NCBI RefSeq assembly: GCF_002087085.1
Contig: NZ_MWQY01000006.1
Span: 62,001-126,000, forward strand
Direction: 5' to 3'
Length of the DNA stretch: 64,000 nt
Shown: positions 19,305 through 28,556 of the stretch, one piece after another
Numbering within the stretch: the first letter of the stretch is position 1
Layout of the letters: the number at the start of each line of letters is the position of its first letter
Translations under genes and position numbers: made by a program
The notes under the pieces: model-generated
Seen by the model: only the letters and a program-made list of their open reading frames with translations
What the model was told of the DNA's origin: nothing
Databases searched by the model: none

Positions 19305-21118
19305 GCAGGATCCTCCTGAAGATCCCGGCTTTCAAAGGGCACGGTGATTGTCACCCTGGTCCACTCTCCAAAGCTGCTCTCGATGGACAGCCCGAAGTCA
19401 TTGCCGAAACACTGTTTGAGCCTCTGGTCCACACTGGAGAGGCCGAAACCGCCCAGCCCTTCCCGTTCCCGCTGGCTGAGGACCTCCCTGATTCGATCCG
19501 CTTTGATACCCGCACCGTTGTCTTCCACCCGCAGGCGGACACATTCCTTCTCCCGTATGCCGGTGACGGAAATAAAGCCCACCCGGCGGGATGCTTTAAG
19601 CCCGTGATATATCGAATTCTCCACCAGGGGCTGCAGGGAGAGTTTTACAATCCTCTGATCAAGGATCTCGTTATCCACATCAACCTCAAAATTGAGCTTC
19701 TCCTGGTAGCGGGTCTTCTGAATAATCAGGTAATGCCGGATCGTCTGAACCTCTTCCCGGATGGAGATTACCGGACGGCCGTTGCTCAGGACGCCCCGGT
19801 AAAAGAGGGAGACCGATTTTGCCAGATTATAGGCATCATCGTTGCGTCCCAGCTGAGTCAGGGAGGAGATACTCTCCAGGGTATTGTACAGAAAATGGGG
19901 ATTGATCTGGGACTGCAGGGCCATGAGTTCCAGTTCCCGTTCCCGCTGGTGATGAATATAGACCCGGTCCATGAGGTCCGACATTCTGCGGAGCATATGG
20001 TTGAAGGCCCCGGTCAGTTCGCCTATCTCATCCCGCCGGTCCTCCTCAAGCCGGATGGAAAGATCCCCGGAAGCGGCATCGCTCATGGAATCCGACAGGG
20101 AGACGATGGGCTTCGATATTCCCCGGGCGATCAGAAAAGCGAAGGCCAGCTCCAGACCGACCCCCAGGGCTCCGATGATGTATACCAGCCGGGTAAAACG
20201 CAGCCCGAAGGCCAGGAGTTCCGTCAGGGGGACTATACCGATGATGGTCCAGTTGAGCCTGTCTATCCGCCGGGACAGTACCAGGAGGTCCCCCTCATCG
20301 GTCCGCTGGATTCTGCCCTGCTGATAGCCCTCCCCGATCCAGGACAGGTAGGAATCGTTCAGAAGGTCCGCAAAGGGCCCCCGGAACCTCATCTCCGGAT
20401 AGATCAGGGAACCGCTGTTATCCACCACCATGAAGCGTCCCGTGCGTCCGTAGTCCAGATGGCTGTACAGGGAGGAAAATATGGAATCGCTGACGCTCAT
20501 CTGGAGTATGCCCAGGATTTCACCGCTTTCTTCACGGACAATGCTGCGCAGCATGGTGAGTCCCACAATCCCCTTGTTCATCCCCGAGTAACCGTGTTTT
20601 CCCAGATCCAGCCAGATATTCCGGCCGCTGTTCAGGGTGATCAGGTCCACCATCTCCCGGGGCAGCAACGGCGAAGTGGAAAAGCTGTCGTCCGAGACGC
20701 TTCCGACCCCTACCCGGACCCCTTCGCTGGTATACAAGGTCAGACCGTTGATAACGTTTCGCAGATAGGTGATCTTCTGCAGGGCGGATCGCACCAGAAA
20801 ATAGTGGTCCGTGTTTTCTCCCGGGTCTGTATCCTGCAGCTTGCTCAGCACAGCCTGAACAGTCTCATCGTGGGAGACCGTGGCCCCGGCCTCCTCTATG
20901 CTGTTAAGAACACCGTTCAGGCTCTGGATAATGATATCCATGCTCTGTTTTGTTGTTTCCGAGGTTCTCTGGATCAGCATGTCCGAGGCAACCTTGTTGG
21001 CCATATATACGGTAACACCGATCAGAAGGATTATAATGAGAAAATTGGGCAGATAGATCTTTTTGCTGATCGACAGGTCCCGGTACCAGCCGGAAAGACC
21101 ACTGAATACGCGCTTCAC
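19301..21118 (-). CDS. YesM-like sensor histidine kinase (Cache-HAMP-His_kinase)
   Basis: ALQSQINPHFLYNTL, LQPLVENSIYHG, EDNGAG and GFGL motifs; start uncertain, GTG at 21118 chosen. Confidence 0.92.
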   Translation of the reverse strand: MKRVFSGLSGWYRDLSISKKIYLPNFLIIILLIGVTVYMANKVASDMLIQRTSETTKQSMDIIIQSLNGVLNSIEEAGATVSHDETVQAVLSKLQDTDPGENTDHYFLVRSALQKITYLRNVINGLTLYTSEGVRVGVGSVSDDSFSTSPLLPREMVDLITLNSGRNIWLDLGKHGYSGMNKGIVGLTMLRSIVREESGEILGILQMSVSDSIFSSLYSHLDYGRTGRFMVVDNSGSLIYPEMRFRGPFADLLNDSYLSWIGEGYQQGRIQRTDEGDLLVLSRRIDRLNWTIIGIVPLTELLAFGLRFTRLVYIIGALGVGLELAFAFLIARGISKPIVSLSDSMSDAASGDLSIRLEEDRRDEIGELTGAFNHMLRRMSDLMDRVYIHHQRERELELMALQSQINPHFLYNTLESISSLTQLGRNDDAYNLAKSVSLFYRGVLSNGRPVISIREEVQTIRHYLIIQKTRYQEKLNFEVDVDNEILDQRIVKLSLQPLVENSIYHGLKASRRVGFISVTGIREKECVRLRVEDNGAGIKADRIREVLSQREREGLGGFGLSSVDQRLKQCFGNDFGLSIESSFGEWTRVTITVPFESRDLQEDPA

Positions 21119-21164
21119 AGGCTTATCATAGCATAGAAGGAGAAGGGTGTGACTCTGAAAAAAA

Positions 21165-21983
21165 CTACTCCCCCTGCCTGTAAAGAGAAAGCAGTTCCTC
21201 TTCGCTTCGCTCCACTTCAGGACTCGCCCCGGCGGCAAAGTTTTCCGCATACTCCCTCAAAAGGCGCCTGTATGCAGGATCCAGGGACTCATAAAAATCA
21301 GTATTCACCATTAATCGGTACCGGGGAATATGGTACTCCGGGACAAGCAGCTCCTCCGTCCAGCGGTCCCAGTCCTGGTGATACCACTCAAAGATATCCA
21401 GATCGATATAGGCGAAACGACCGTTCCGGGCTTCCCGCTGCAGCACGGTTTCGGAGAGAACAAGAGTTTCAATTCCTGCCTGAAGGGCGGGTATAACCCG
21501 GTCCTCCCGTAAAGCCAGTACATTGGAATTCTCCGGGAGGGGATCCTTGATTTTCCATACATGCCTGGCGGGACCTGCCGTCGTTGCCAGGGTGAAACTC
21601 TTTTGGAATTCCCCATCGCCGCGAATCAGACAGATTTCCAGGGTTCCTTTCTCGAGACCTCTCAGAAGCTGATCCTCAGGTCCGAGACCGCCGTCGGGGT
21701 AGAGTTCCACAATCAGTTGAAGACGTGTGGCGGTTTCCAGGGGAGCGGCAAAATCCTGACTGAGACTCTGGTGCAGAGGATGATAACGCGGGAGTCCGTG
21801 GGCAACCTTGATTACCCTGAAGTCCTGGTCTCCCCCAAGGTCCCGATGAATCCGGCCTCCCTCCACTATCGAGGTTCCGCCGGGCAGAGGAAGATAGGGC
21901 AGAAAAACCAGAAAGGCAAGGCTGTATATCAGAAGTATCACCATGATACCCAGCAGTATGGGAACAAGGAGGCCGGATTTCAT
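21165..21983 (-). CDS. Membrane-anchored, shortened DctP-like protein
   Basis: Long N-terminal hydrophobic helix; DctP-like N-terminal segment (KVAHGLP..HP...VELYPDGGLG.E..LLRGLEKGTLEI) and C-terminal segment (H..RLMVNTDFYESLDP.YRRLL); ATGA overlap with the AraC gene. Confidence 0.7.
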   Translation of the reverse strand: MKSGLLVPILLGIMVILLIYSLAFLVFLPYLPLPGGTSIVEGGRIHRDLGGDQDFRVIKVAHGLPRYHPLHQSLSQDFAAPLETATRLQLIVELYPDGGLGPEDQLLRGLEKGTLEICLIRGDGEFQKSFTLATTAGPARHVWKIKDPLPENSNVLALREDRVIPALQAGIETLVLSETVLQREARNGRFAYIDLDIFEWYHQDWDRWTEELLVPEYHIPRYRLMVNTDFYESLDPAYRRLLREYAENFAAGASPEVERSEEELLSLYRQGE

Positions 21984-24199
21984 GACAGGACCTCCCTTTT
22001 AGCAGCCTCGAGCTTCCTGTATTTGCCGGGAGGGATCCTTTCATACTTTTTAAACACCCGGATAAATGTCTGAAGGCTGGAGAAACCAGTCCTGAGGGCC
22101 ACCTCGCCCACCGGGAGATTCGGGTCACGCAGGTATTCCCTGGCCCTCTCCACACGGCTGCGATTCAGGTAGTCAATATAGTTTGTCCCGAAGTATTCCT
22201 TGAAGATACGACTTACATAACTCGGACTCAAACCCACGGCGTCACCGATATCTATAAGAGATACTTCCGGTTTATCCAGGTTCCGGTCAAGATAATCGGC
22301 TATGCGCTGTGCGTTGGGGGCTGTTCTGTCCGTCTTTTCCGCCTGAATCAAAGCGGCGGTATCCCTGCAGACAGACAGGAGCCATTCACGCAGCTCCGCC
22401 AGGGTCTCTTTTTCCTGATACTCCCTGTACAGGGAAGCTTGTGCAGACGGTGACGACTCCCCGGAAAAGGGCATATGCTTTTCCCGAATCTCCATAAGAG
22501 AGTAAACGCTTTCCTCAAGGATCCGCCGGCAGAGGCCGGCCTCCATTCCGGGGCACAGTGTAAACTGCTGAAACAGACTGTCCAGAAGAAACTCCAGATC
22601 ACCGCTGTTTCCGGCTTTGACACAGGCAATCAGATTCCGTTCGGCTTCCATTGCAGGTGAAAGCTTCTGCGCGAGTCCCCGGGCATCGTCATACTGATGC
22701 ACCGAGGCGTATCCGGAAAGAAATCTCTGCTCCGCCGCTCCGCGGGCCTGCCGGTACGACAGGTGCAGCATGCCCGGACTCTCGCAGCTTCTGCCGATTC
22801 CGCAGCTCACGGAAAAGGGAAAATCCCTGCGCACCAGGGCCACAATATCCCCGGCACGATCAAGACAGAAATCATCGTCACAATTCTTAAGAAGACAACA
22901 GAGGGTGTCTGCCTCCGTCAGTCCGCTCATCCACAGGGCTTCCGGGCGGAACTGCGCCCTGATCCGTTTATGCATGGCATCCTTTACAAGGCGCAGGGAT
23001 ACCGGGTCCCGGGAATGCCGGAGTTTTTGATATCCGTCGATCCGGAAAACGAGGGCCCGGAGGCTTCCCTCCGGAACGGATAATCCACAGAGATGCAGCA
23101 TATTCCGAAGATCCGCTTCTTCGCTTTCCCGGTTGAATACCAGCCGGTACAGGGTATGCTCCTGTATAAGCGGTCTGGCGTATTCCAGGATCGCCGAGGA
23201 ATTCCCCAGCTGTTCCAGGGGATAGTAGAGCCGCCTGGAAACCCGAAGACCGATCAGCAGCAGAAGGAGAAGGGTCAGTATTATTATAATAAGATTCGCA
23301 ATCAGCATTCCCCGGGCAAAAGCGATCAGTTCATCCACATCGGATTCACAGGTAAAAACCCAGCGGGTGTGGGGGACCGTATAAAAAGAGACAATACGCC
23401 TGGTTTTTTCCTTTTCATGAACAAAGAAGCCCCTGTCTCTGGAAGCTGCGGTTCGGAAAACAGCCTCGTTACCAACGAAGTTACCGATTCGCTCCCCTTC
23501 CGGATGTTCCAGGATGTATCCGTCCGCATTCATAACCTGCAGGGAAGCAGGGGTTCCGCCTCCGGTGCTGAAATTTGAGAAGAGGACAGCCGTGTTCAAA
23601 TTGATTGCAAGTCCTGCGGTTTTATCCCAGGTTCCCACGGGCAGATTGCTCAAGATTGTAATAAGCGAAGAGTTCTTGCCGTTTGAATCCGTCACCATCC
23701 GGGTGGGCAGCCTGTTCCGGCCAAGGAAATGACTGTTGAACTGATCGATCCAGGAGGTATCATAAAACACATTGACCCGGGAAACTCCGCTGTTGGAAGC
23801 GAGGATGATTCCCTCCCCGGCGGAATAGAGATAAATCGAGGATATGAAATCATAGGAGCCGACAAAGGATGCAAAGATGTCTGTTATACGGGCATGCAGC
23901 TGGTAGTCCTCCAGGGAAGGATCAATTACAAAGGAAAGGACATCCGGATTACGGCCGATGACAGAGATGAGGTTCTCCAGTCCCCGGATTTTTTCGTCCA
24001 CCCCCAGGGCATGGGAAACAAGGGAATCATTCACGGACAGAAGGAAGTTCTCCCGGGCATGCCGGTAGGTCAGATAATTGAAGATCAGGTTCAACACGAG
24101 AACCGGGATGACCGCGAAAGACAGGACAGATATGAAAATCCTGGAAAAACGGGAAGGATGAGACAGAGATGAGTCAATCAGCATCGATAATTCCTGCAC
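21980..24199 (-). CDS. Membrane-bound AraC-family regulator with an extracytoplasmic Cache-like sensor
   Basis: Two TM helices flanking a ~270-aa domain; C-terminal LSPSYVSRIFK...GFSSLQTFIRVFKK. Confidence 0.88.
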   Translation of the reverse strand: MQELSMLIDSSLSHPSRFSRIFISVLSFAVIPVLVLNLIFNYLTYRHARENFLLSVNDSLVSHALGVDEKIRGLENLISVIGRNPDVLSFVIDPSLEDYQLHARITDIFASFVGSYDFISSIYLYSAGEGIILASNSGVSRVNVFYDTSWIDQFNSHFLGRNRLPTRMVTDSNGKNSSLITILSNLPVGTWDKTAGLAINLNTAVLFSNFSTGGGTPASLQVMNADGYILEHPEGERIGNFVGNEAVFRTAASRDRGFFVHEKEKTRRIVSFYTVPHTRWVFTCESDVDELIAFARGMLIANLIIIILTLLLLLLIGLRVSRRLYYPLEQLGNSSAILEYARPLIQEHTLYRLVFNRESEEADLRNMLHLCGLSVPEGSLRALVFRIDGYQKLRHSRDPVSLRLVKDAMHKRIRAQFRPEALWMSGLTEADTLCCLLKNCDDDFCLDRAGDIVALVRRDFPFSVSCGIGRSCESPGMLHLSYRQARGAAEQRFLSGYASVHQYDDARGLAQKLSPAMEAERNLIACVKAGNSGDLEFLLDSLFQQFTLCPGMEAGLCRRILEESVYSLMEIREKHMPFSGESSPSAQASLYREYQEKETLAELREWLLSVCRDTAALIQAEKTDRTAPNAQRIADYLDRNLDKPEVSLIDIGDAVGLSPSYVSRIFKEYFGTNYIDYLNRSRVERAREYLRDPNLPVGEVALRTGFSSLQTFIRVFKKYERIPPGKYRKLEAAKREVLS

Positions 24200-24527
24200 T
24201 GTGCTTTGTGATTATCATCGGACACCGGTAAAGGCCTGTATTTTTGTTACAGGCAGGGGTACGGGAAATCCCTACACCGCTGGGTGCTGCAAAAAGTGCA
24301 GTTTTCAGGATGTCCGACAGAAAACCCTATTATACAGAAAAAACAGACCTTGTCATTAAGTGTCATTTTTTGTGATTTCCTGCGGATAGTTAACAATATT
24401 TTACTCCGTTGCACCAAATTTATTTTTAAAAAAACTGACCGTTTACAGCTTCTTTTCCGGGCTCCTAAAATCAGAGTCAGACTTCCCCGAGAAAGGACGT
24501 CATCATCTTTAACGGAGGTGTTTCGTA

Positions 24528-25517
24528 ATGAAACGTGCTCTTATTGTACTTACTGTCATTGCTGTCCTCACAACAGGCATTTTTGCCGAGGGCTCTTCCG
24601 AAGGCGCAGCCGATTCCTACACCCTGCGGCTTTCTCATGTTCTTCCAACTGACCACCAGAACCACAAGACTGCGGTAAAGTTTGCCGAACTGGTCAAGGA
24701 AAAGACCGGCGGAAAAGTGAACATCGAAATTTTCCCCGCCGCCCAGCTCGGAAACGAGAAGGAGATTACCGATTCCGTGGCCATGGGTACCCTGGATTTT
24801 GCCCTCTGCGGATTTGGTGAGGTAACCAAGCGTTTTCCGGTATCCGGCATCTTCGACGGGCCCTTTGTATTCCGGGACCGCGAACACCTGGCCCAGGTTT
24901 ACACGAGCGATATCTTCTGGGACATCATGGCGGACATGGAAGAGGTTGGAATACAGATGGTCTCCCCCGGATACTACGGAACCCGTCACGTGACAACCAC
25001 CGATACGCTGGTCAAAACACCCGCCGACCTGAACGGTCTCAAGCTCCGCTGTCCCGACCAGCCCATGTTCGTGGCGACCACGAAAGCTATGGGTGCCACC
25101 CCGACTCCCATGGCCTTTTCCGAGGTCTACCTTGCCCTTCAGCAGGGCGTCGCAGACGGTCAGGAGAACCCGGCGGCAGCCATTACCTCCATGAAGTTCT
25201 ACGAAGTCCAGAAATACCTGGTAAAGACAGGCCACATCATCTACGGAAACCACATCTTCGGCAGCACCCGGACCCTGTCCAAGCTGCCCCAGGAGCTTCA
25301 GGCAGCAATCGCCGAAGCGGGAAAGGAAGTTTCCGGCTGGTGGATCGAACAATCCTTCGCTGACGAGGACGTTCTGCTCAAGGGCCTTGAGGACAAGGGA
25401 ATGACCATTGTTGAACCGGACAAGGAAGCCTTTGTTTCCGCTGCCCAGTTTATCTACGATGAGTATGAATCAAAATGGGGCGAAGGACTGCTGGAAAAGC
25501 TCAGAGCCATTCAGTAA
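24528..25517 (+). CDS. dctP: TRAP transporter substrate-binding protein
   Basis: Signal peptide; IFPAAQLGNE, GLKLR, FSEVYLALQQGVADGQEN and FYEVQKY motifs. Confidence 0.95.
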   Translation: MKRALIVLTVIAVLTTGIFAEGSSEGAADSYTLRLSHVLPTDHQNHKTAVKFAELVKEKTGGKVNIEIFPAAQLGNEKEITDSVAMGTLDFALCGFGEVTKRFPVSGIFDGPFVFRDREHLAQVYTSDIFWDIMADMEEVGIQMVSPGYYGTRHVTTTDTLVKTPADLNGLKLRCPDQPMFVATTKAMGATPTPMAFSEVYLALQQGVADGQENPAAAITSMKFYEVQKYLVKTGHIIYGNHIFGSTRTLSKLPQELQAAIAEAGKEVSGWWIEQSFADEDVLLKGLEDKGMTIVEPDKEAFVSAAQFIYDEYESKWGEGLLEKLRAIQ

Positions 25518-25551
25518 CAGAAAAGCGGTAGAATATTACATGCGGCAGGCA

Positions 25552-25574
25552 GCCGTCCTCCCGGAGGGGACGGC
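25552..25574. terminator. Stem-loop between dctP and dctQ
   Basis: GCCGTCC...GGACGGC inverted repeat. Confidence 0.4.
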
Positions 25575-25609
25575 CACCGGCCGTTTATGCCGCCTTACAG
25601 GGAGATTGT

Positions 25610-26155
25610 ATGTTTAACAAAACCAGGGGATATCTGGCCTCCTTGGAAACCATATTTCTGATAAGCTGCCTGGGAGTAATGGGAATAGTGCTCTTTGCGC
25701 AGGTTGTAACCAGATATGTCTTTCAGACGCCCCTTGTATGGAGCGAAGAGGCCGCCCGATACCTTCACGTATGGATTGCCCTTTTCGGCATCCACTTTGG
25801 ACTGCGTCAGAATGCCCACATCCGGGTCACCTTTTTTTACGACCGTATGCCGGGAAAAATAAAGGGTCTCGTCCGTGTTTTCTCGGATCTTGTCATCCTT
25901 GCCACCATCGGCGTCTACCTTCCCGGTTCCGTCATTTTTATACAGGACCAGGCGACAATCGTTTCCTCCGCCATGGAGGTCAATATGGGCCTGGTGTACA
26001 TTCCATCTTTCATCGGTTTTTTCGTGGCATTCCTCTATTTTCTGGTGCAGACCCTTCAGTCCGTCCACCTTGTATTCAGCGGGCATCCTGAGGATGTCCC
26101 CGCCCTGGAAGAGACGCCTGCAACCATTGTCCAGGGAGGTCAGGACCAATGCTGA
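25610..26155 (+). CDS. dctQ: TRAP transporter small permease
   Basis: QVVTRY, WSEEAARYL and HIRV motifs; 4 TM. Confidence 0.93.
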   Translation: MFNKTRGYLASLETIFLISCLGVMGIVLFAQVVTRYVFQTPLVWSEEAARYLHVWIALFGIHFGLRQNAHIRVTFFYDRMPGKIKGLVRVFSDLVILATIGVYLPGSVIFIQDQATIVSSAMEVNMGLVYIPSFIGFFVAFLYFLVQTLQSVHLVFSGHPEDVPALEETPATIVQGGQDQC

Positions 26156-27423
26156 TTCTCTTCGGAATCTTTTTCCTTCTCCTCATCGCGGGAGTACCCA
26201 TAGCTTTCTGTCTTTTTTCCAGTTCCATAATTTACATGCTGATTTACGATCTTCCCATCCAGATGGCCGCTGCGAAACTCGTTGCCGGCCCGGATTCGTT
26301 TCCCCTTCTGGCCATCGCCTTTTTTGTTCTCGCCGGGGCAATCATGAACTCCGGAGGGATCACAAAGCGAATCTTTTCCTTTGCGGAACACCTGGTGGGA
26401 CACCTGACCGGAGGCCTGGGGCATGCGAACGTACTGGCCTCCATCATCTTTTCCGGCATGTCAGGTTCAGCAGCAGCCGATGTGGGAGGCCTGGGTGCAA
26501 TCGAACTTCAGGCCATGCGGGAATCCGGCTACAGTGAAGACTTCAGCCTGGCGGTAACCGGAGGCTCCTCCATTATCGGACCGATTATTCCTCCCAGTAT
26601 TCCCGCAGTCGTCTTCGGCGTCGCTTCGGGGGTATCCATCGGACGACTCTTCGTGGCGGGGATTATTCCCGGGTTCCTGATGGCCGCAGCCATGTCCGTT
26701 CTGATCTATTTTCAGTGCCGCGGCTACGATCATCTGAAACGCAAACGTGCCGGCATCGGTGAGATCGCCCGGGCTTTCAAGGTCTCCTTTTTCCCCCTCC
26801 TTACCCCGGTAATCATCATGGGGGGGATAATCGGGGGAGTATTCACCCCCACGGAAGCAGCAATAATAGCAGTATTTTATGCCCTGATCCTCGGTTTCGC
26901 CTATAAGGCAATAAGCCTCAGGGACCTGCCGCGCTTCCTTGTGGAGACCCTCAACACGACCATCGGAATCCTCTTTATTATCGCCTCCGCCAGCCTCTTT
27001 GCCTGGGTGCTGACCATATCCCAGTTTCCCCAGAACTTTGCCCTTACCTTTATGGGGCTCGTGAGCAATAAATACGTGGCCCTTATTCTGCTTAACCTAT
27101 TCCTCCTGATTGTCGGCTGCTTCATGGAGACGACCCCGGCGCAGATGATCCTGGTCCCCATACTCCTGCCCATCTTTGTCTCCCTCGGAGTAGATCCGGT
27201 ACACTTCGGTATCATCATGATTCTAAACCTTATGATCGGCCTGATGACACCACCCCTGGGACTGGTTCTGTATGTCTTATCCAGTGTCTCCAAAGTTCCC
27301 ATTGAAAGACTTTCGAAAACCGTATTACCTTATGTTATAGTTATAGGGATAGTTCTACTTTTCGTTACCTATATTCCGCAGATCGTTCTGTTCCTGCCGA
27401 ATCTGATTTACGGTCAGGGCTAA
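26149..27423 (+). CDS. dctM: TRAP transporter large permease
   Basis: FSGMSGSAAAD, IIPPSI, FTPTEAA, DPVHFGI and TPPLG motifs. Confidence 0.95.
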   Translation: MLILFGIFFLLLIAGVPIAFCLFSSSIIYMLIYDLPIQMAAAKLVAGPDSFPLLAIAFFVLAGAIMNSGGITKRIFSFAEHLVGHLTGGLGHANVLASIIFSGMSGSAAADVGGLGAIELQAMRESGYSEDFSLAVTGGSSIIGPIIPPSIPAVVFGVASGVSIGRLFVAGIIPGFLMAAAMSVLIYFQCRGYDHLKRKRAGIGEIARAFKVSFFPLLTPVIIMGGIIGGVFTPTEAAIIAVFYALILGFAYKAISLRDLPRFLVETLNTTIGILFIIASASLFAWVLTISQFPQNFALTFMGLVSNKYVALILLNLFLLIVGCFMETTPAQMILVPILLPIFVSLGVDPVHFGIIMILNLMIGLMTPPLGLVLYVLSSVSKVPIERLSKTVLPYVIVIGIVLLFVTYIPQIVLFLPNLIYGQG

Positions 27424-27444
27424 ACGAAAGAGAGGAGATTACTG

Positions 27445-28467
27445 ATGTTACAAACACGACTGCCAGAAGCATATACCGTCGAATACCGGGACGTTCCGGT
27501 ACCGGAAATCGGTCCGGAGGAGGTGCTGATAAAGGTCAAGCGCTTCGGTATCTGCGGGTCGGATATCCAGGTCTATCACGGACAGCACAAGTACATGACC
27601 TTCCCCGTGGTCCAGGGACACGAAGCCGCGGGTACCCTGGAGAAGATCGGCGACAAGGTATCCGGGCTCAAAGTCGGACAGGCCGTTACCGTGCAGCCCC
27701 AGATTTTCTGCGGGGTCTGCCAGCCCTGTAAGTCCGGGCATCCCAACGTCTGCCAGAACCTGAGGGTCTACGGTGTACACACCGACGGACTGGGCCAGGA
27801 GTACTTTGCAGTCCCGGCAGAAAAGATCATACCCCTGCCCGAGGGCTGCTCTTTTGACGACGGCGCACTGATAGAGCCAATTACCGTAGGCGTGGGGGCC
27901 GTCCGGAGATGCGGCGATGTCAAGGACAGGAATATCTGCATTCTCGGAGCAGGACCCATCGGCAATTTTACCGCCCAGGTCGCCCAGGCAAAGGGCGCAC
28001 AGGTCATGGTAACAGACATCAATCAGAAAAAGCTCGATCTCGCCGCTTCCATGGGAATAAAGAACACCATCAACACGGAAAACAGGGATCTCAAGACCTG
28101 CATCGCCGATGTGTTCGGACCCGCCGGGGCGGACATAATCATCGACTGCGCCGGCGCCCCGGCAAGCCTGACCTCCGCGATCAAAAGCGCCCGGCCTGCA
28201 TCGAAAATCGTCATTGTGGCGAACTTCAAGGTTCCGGTGGAGGTGGAGATACCCCTGATCCAGCGCCAGCAGATAGACGTTCTGGGAGTAATGATGTACA
28301 TCAAGGAGGATTTCTTTACCGCCGTGGACCTGGTCAGCCAGGGAAAAGTAACAACGGAGGGAATCATCTCCGAGTATTTTGATATCAGCAAGCTGAAAGA
28401 GGCCTACGAATACATCGATGCCAACCGGCTGGATGTAAACAAGGTAATGATGACCTTCGGGGAATAG
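27445..28467 (+). CDS. Zn-dependent (MDR) polyol/sugar-acid dehydrogenase
   Basis: GICGSD, GHE, CGVCQPC...C and GAGPIG motifs. Confidence 0.9.
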   Translation: MLQTRLPEAYTVEYRDVPVPEIGPEEVLIKVKRFGICGSDIQVYHGQHKYMTFPVVQGHEAAGTLEKIGDKVSGLKVGQAVTVQPQIFCGVCQPCKSGHPNVCQNLRVYGVHTDGLGQEYFAVPAEKIIPLPEGCSFDDGALIEPITVGVGAVRRCGDVKDRNICILGAGPIGNFTAQVAQAKGAQVMVTDINQKKLDLAASMGIKNTINTENRDLKTCIADVFGPAGADIIIDCAGAPASLTSAIKSARPASKIVIVANFKVPVEVEIPLIQRQQIDVLGVMMYIKEDFFTAVDLVSQGKVTTEGIISEYFDISKLKEAYEYIDANRLDVNKVMMTFGE

Positions 28468-28488
28468 CCCGCCCATCCTTCCGATTGC

Positions 28489-28520
28489 AGCCCTCCCCGA
28501 AGCACCGGGGAGGGCTTTTT
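28489..28520 (+). terminator. Rho-independent terminator of the TRAP operon
   Basis: AGCCCTCCCCG-N6-CGGGGAGGGCT followed by TTTT. Confidence 0.85.
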
Positions 28521-28556
28521 CTTGCCCCGGGTCTCCCAGCTCGCTATATTCTCTTT

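Noticed and set aside
19604..21136. 510-aa plus-strand ORF, and similar long ORFs at 16640-17776, 13927-14976, 27448-28476, 30598-31785, 43155-44438, 51012-52277 and 55177-56202
   Set aside because: Each lies antisense to a well-supported gene and has no motifs; such shadow ORFs are expected from codon bias in GC-rich DNA.
24351..24376. Pho box
   Set aside because: The TGTCAT half-sites have a 10-bp rather than 11-bp period and there are no phosphate genes nearby; kept only as an unassigned repeat.
24200..24527. Riboswitch or sRNA in the longest intergenic region
   Set aside because: No recognisable aptamer or terminator by eye; an Rfam/Infernal scan would be needed to exclude it.
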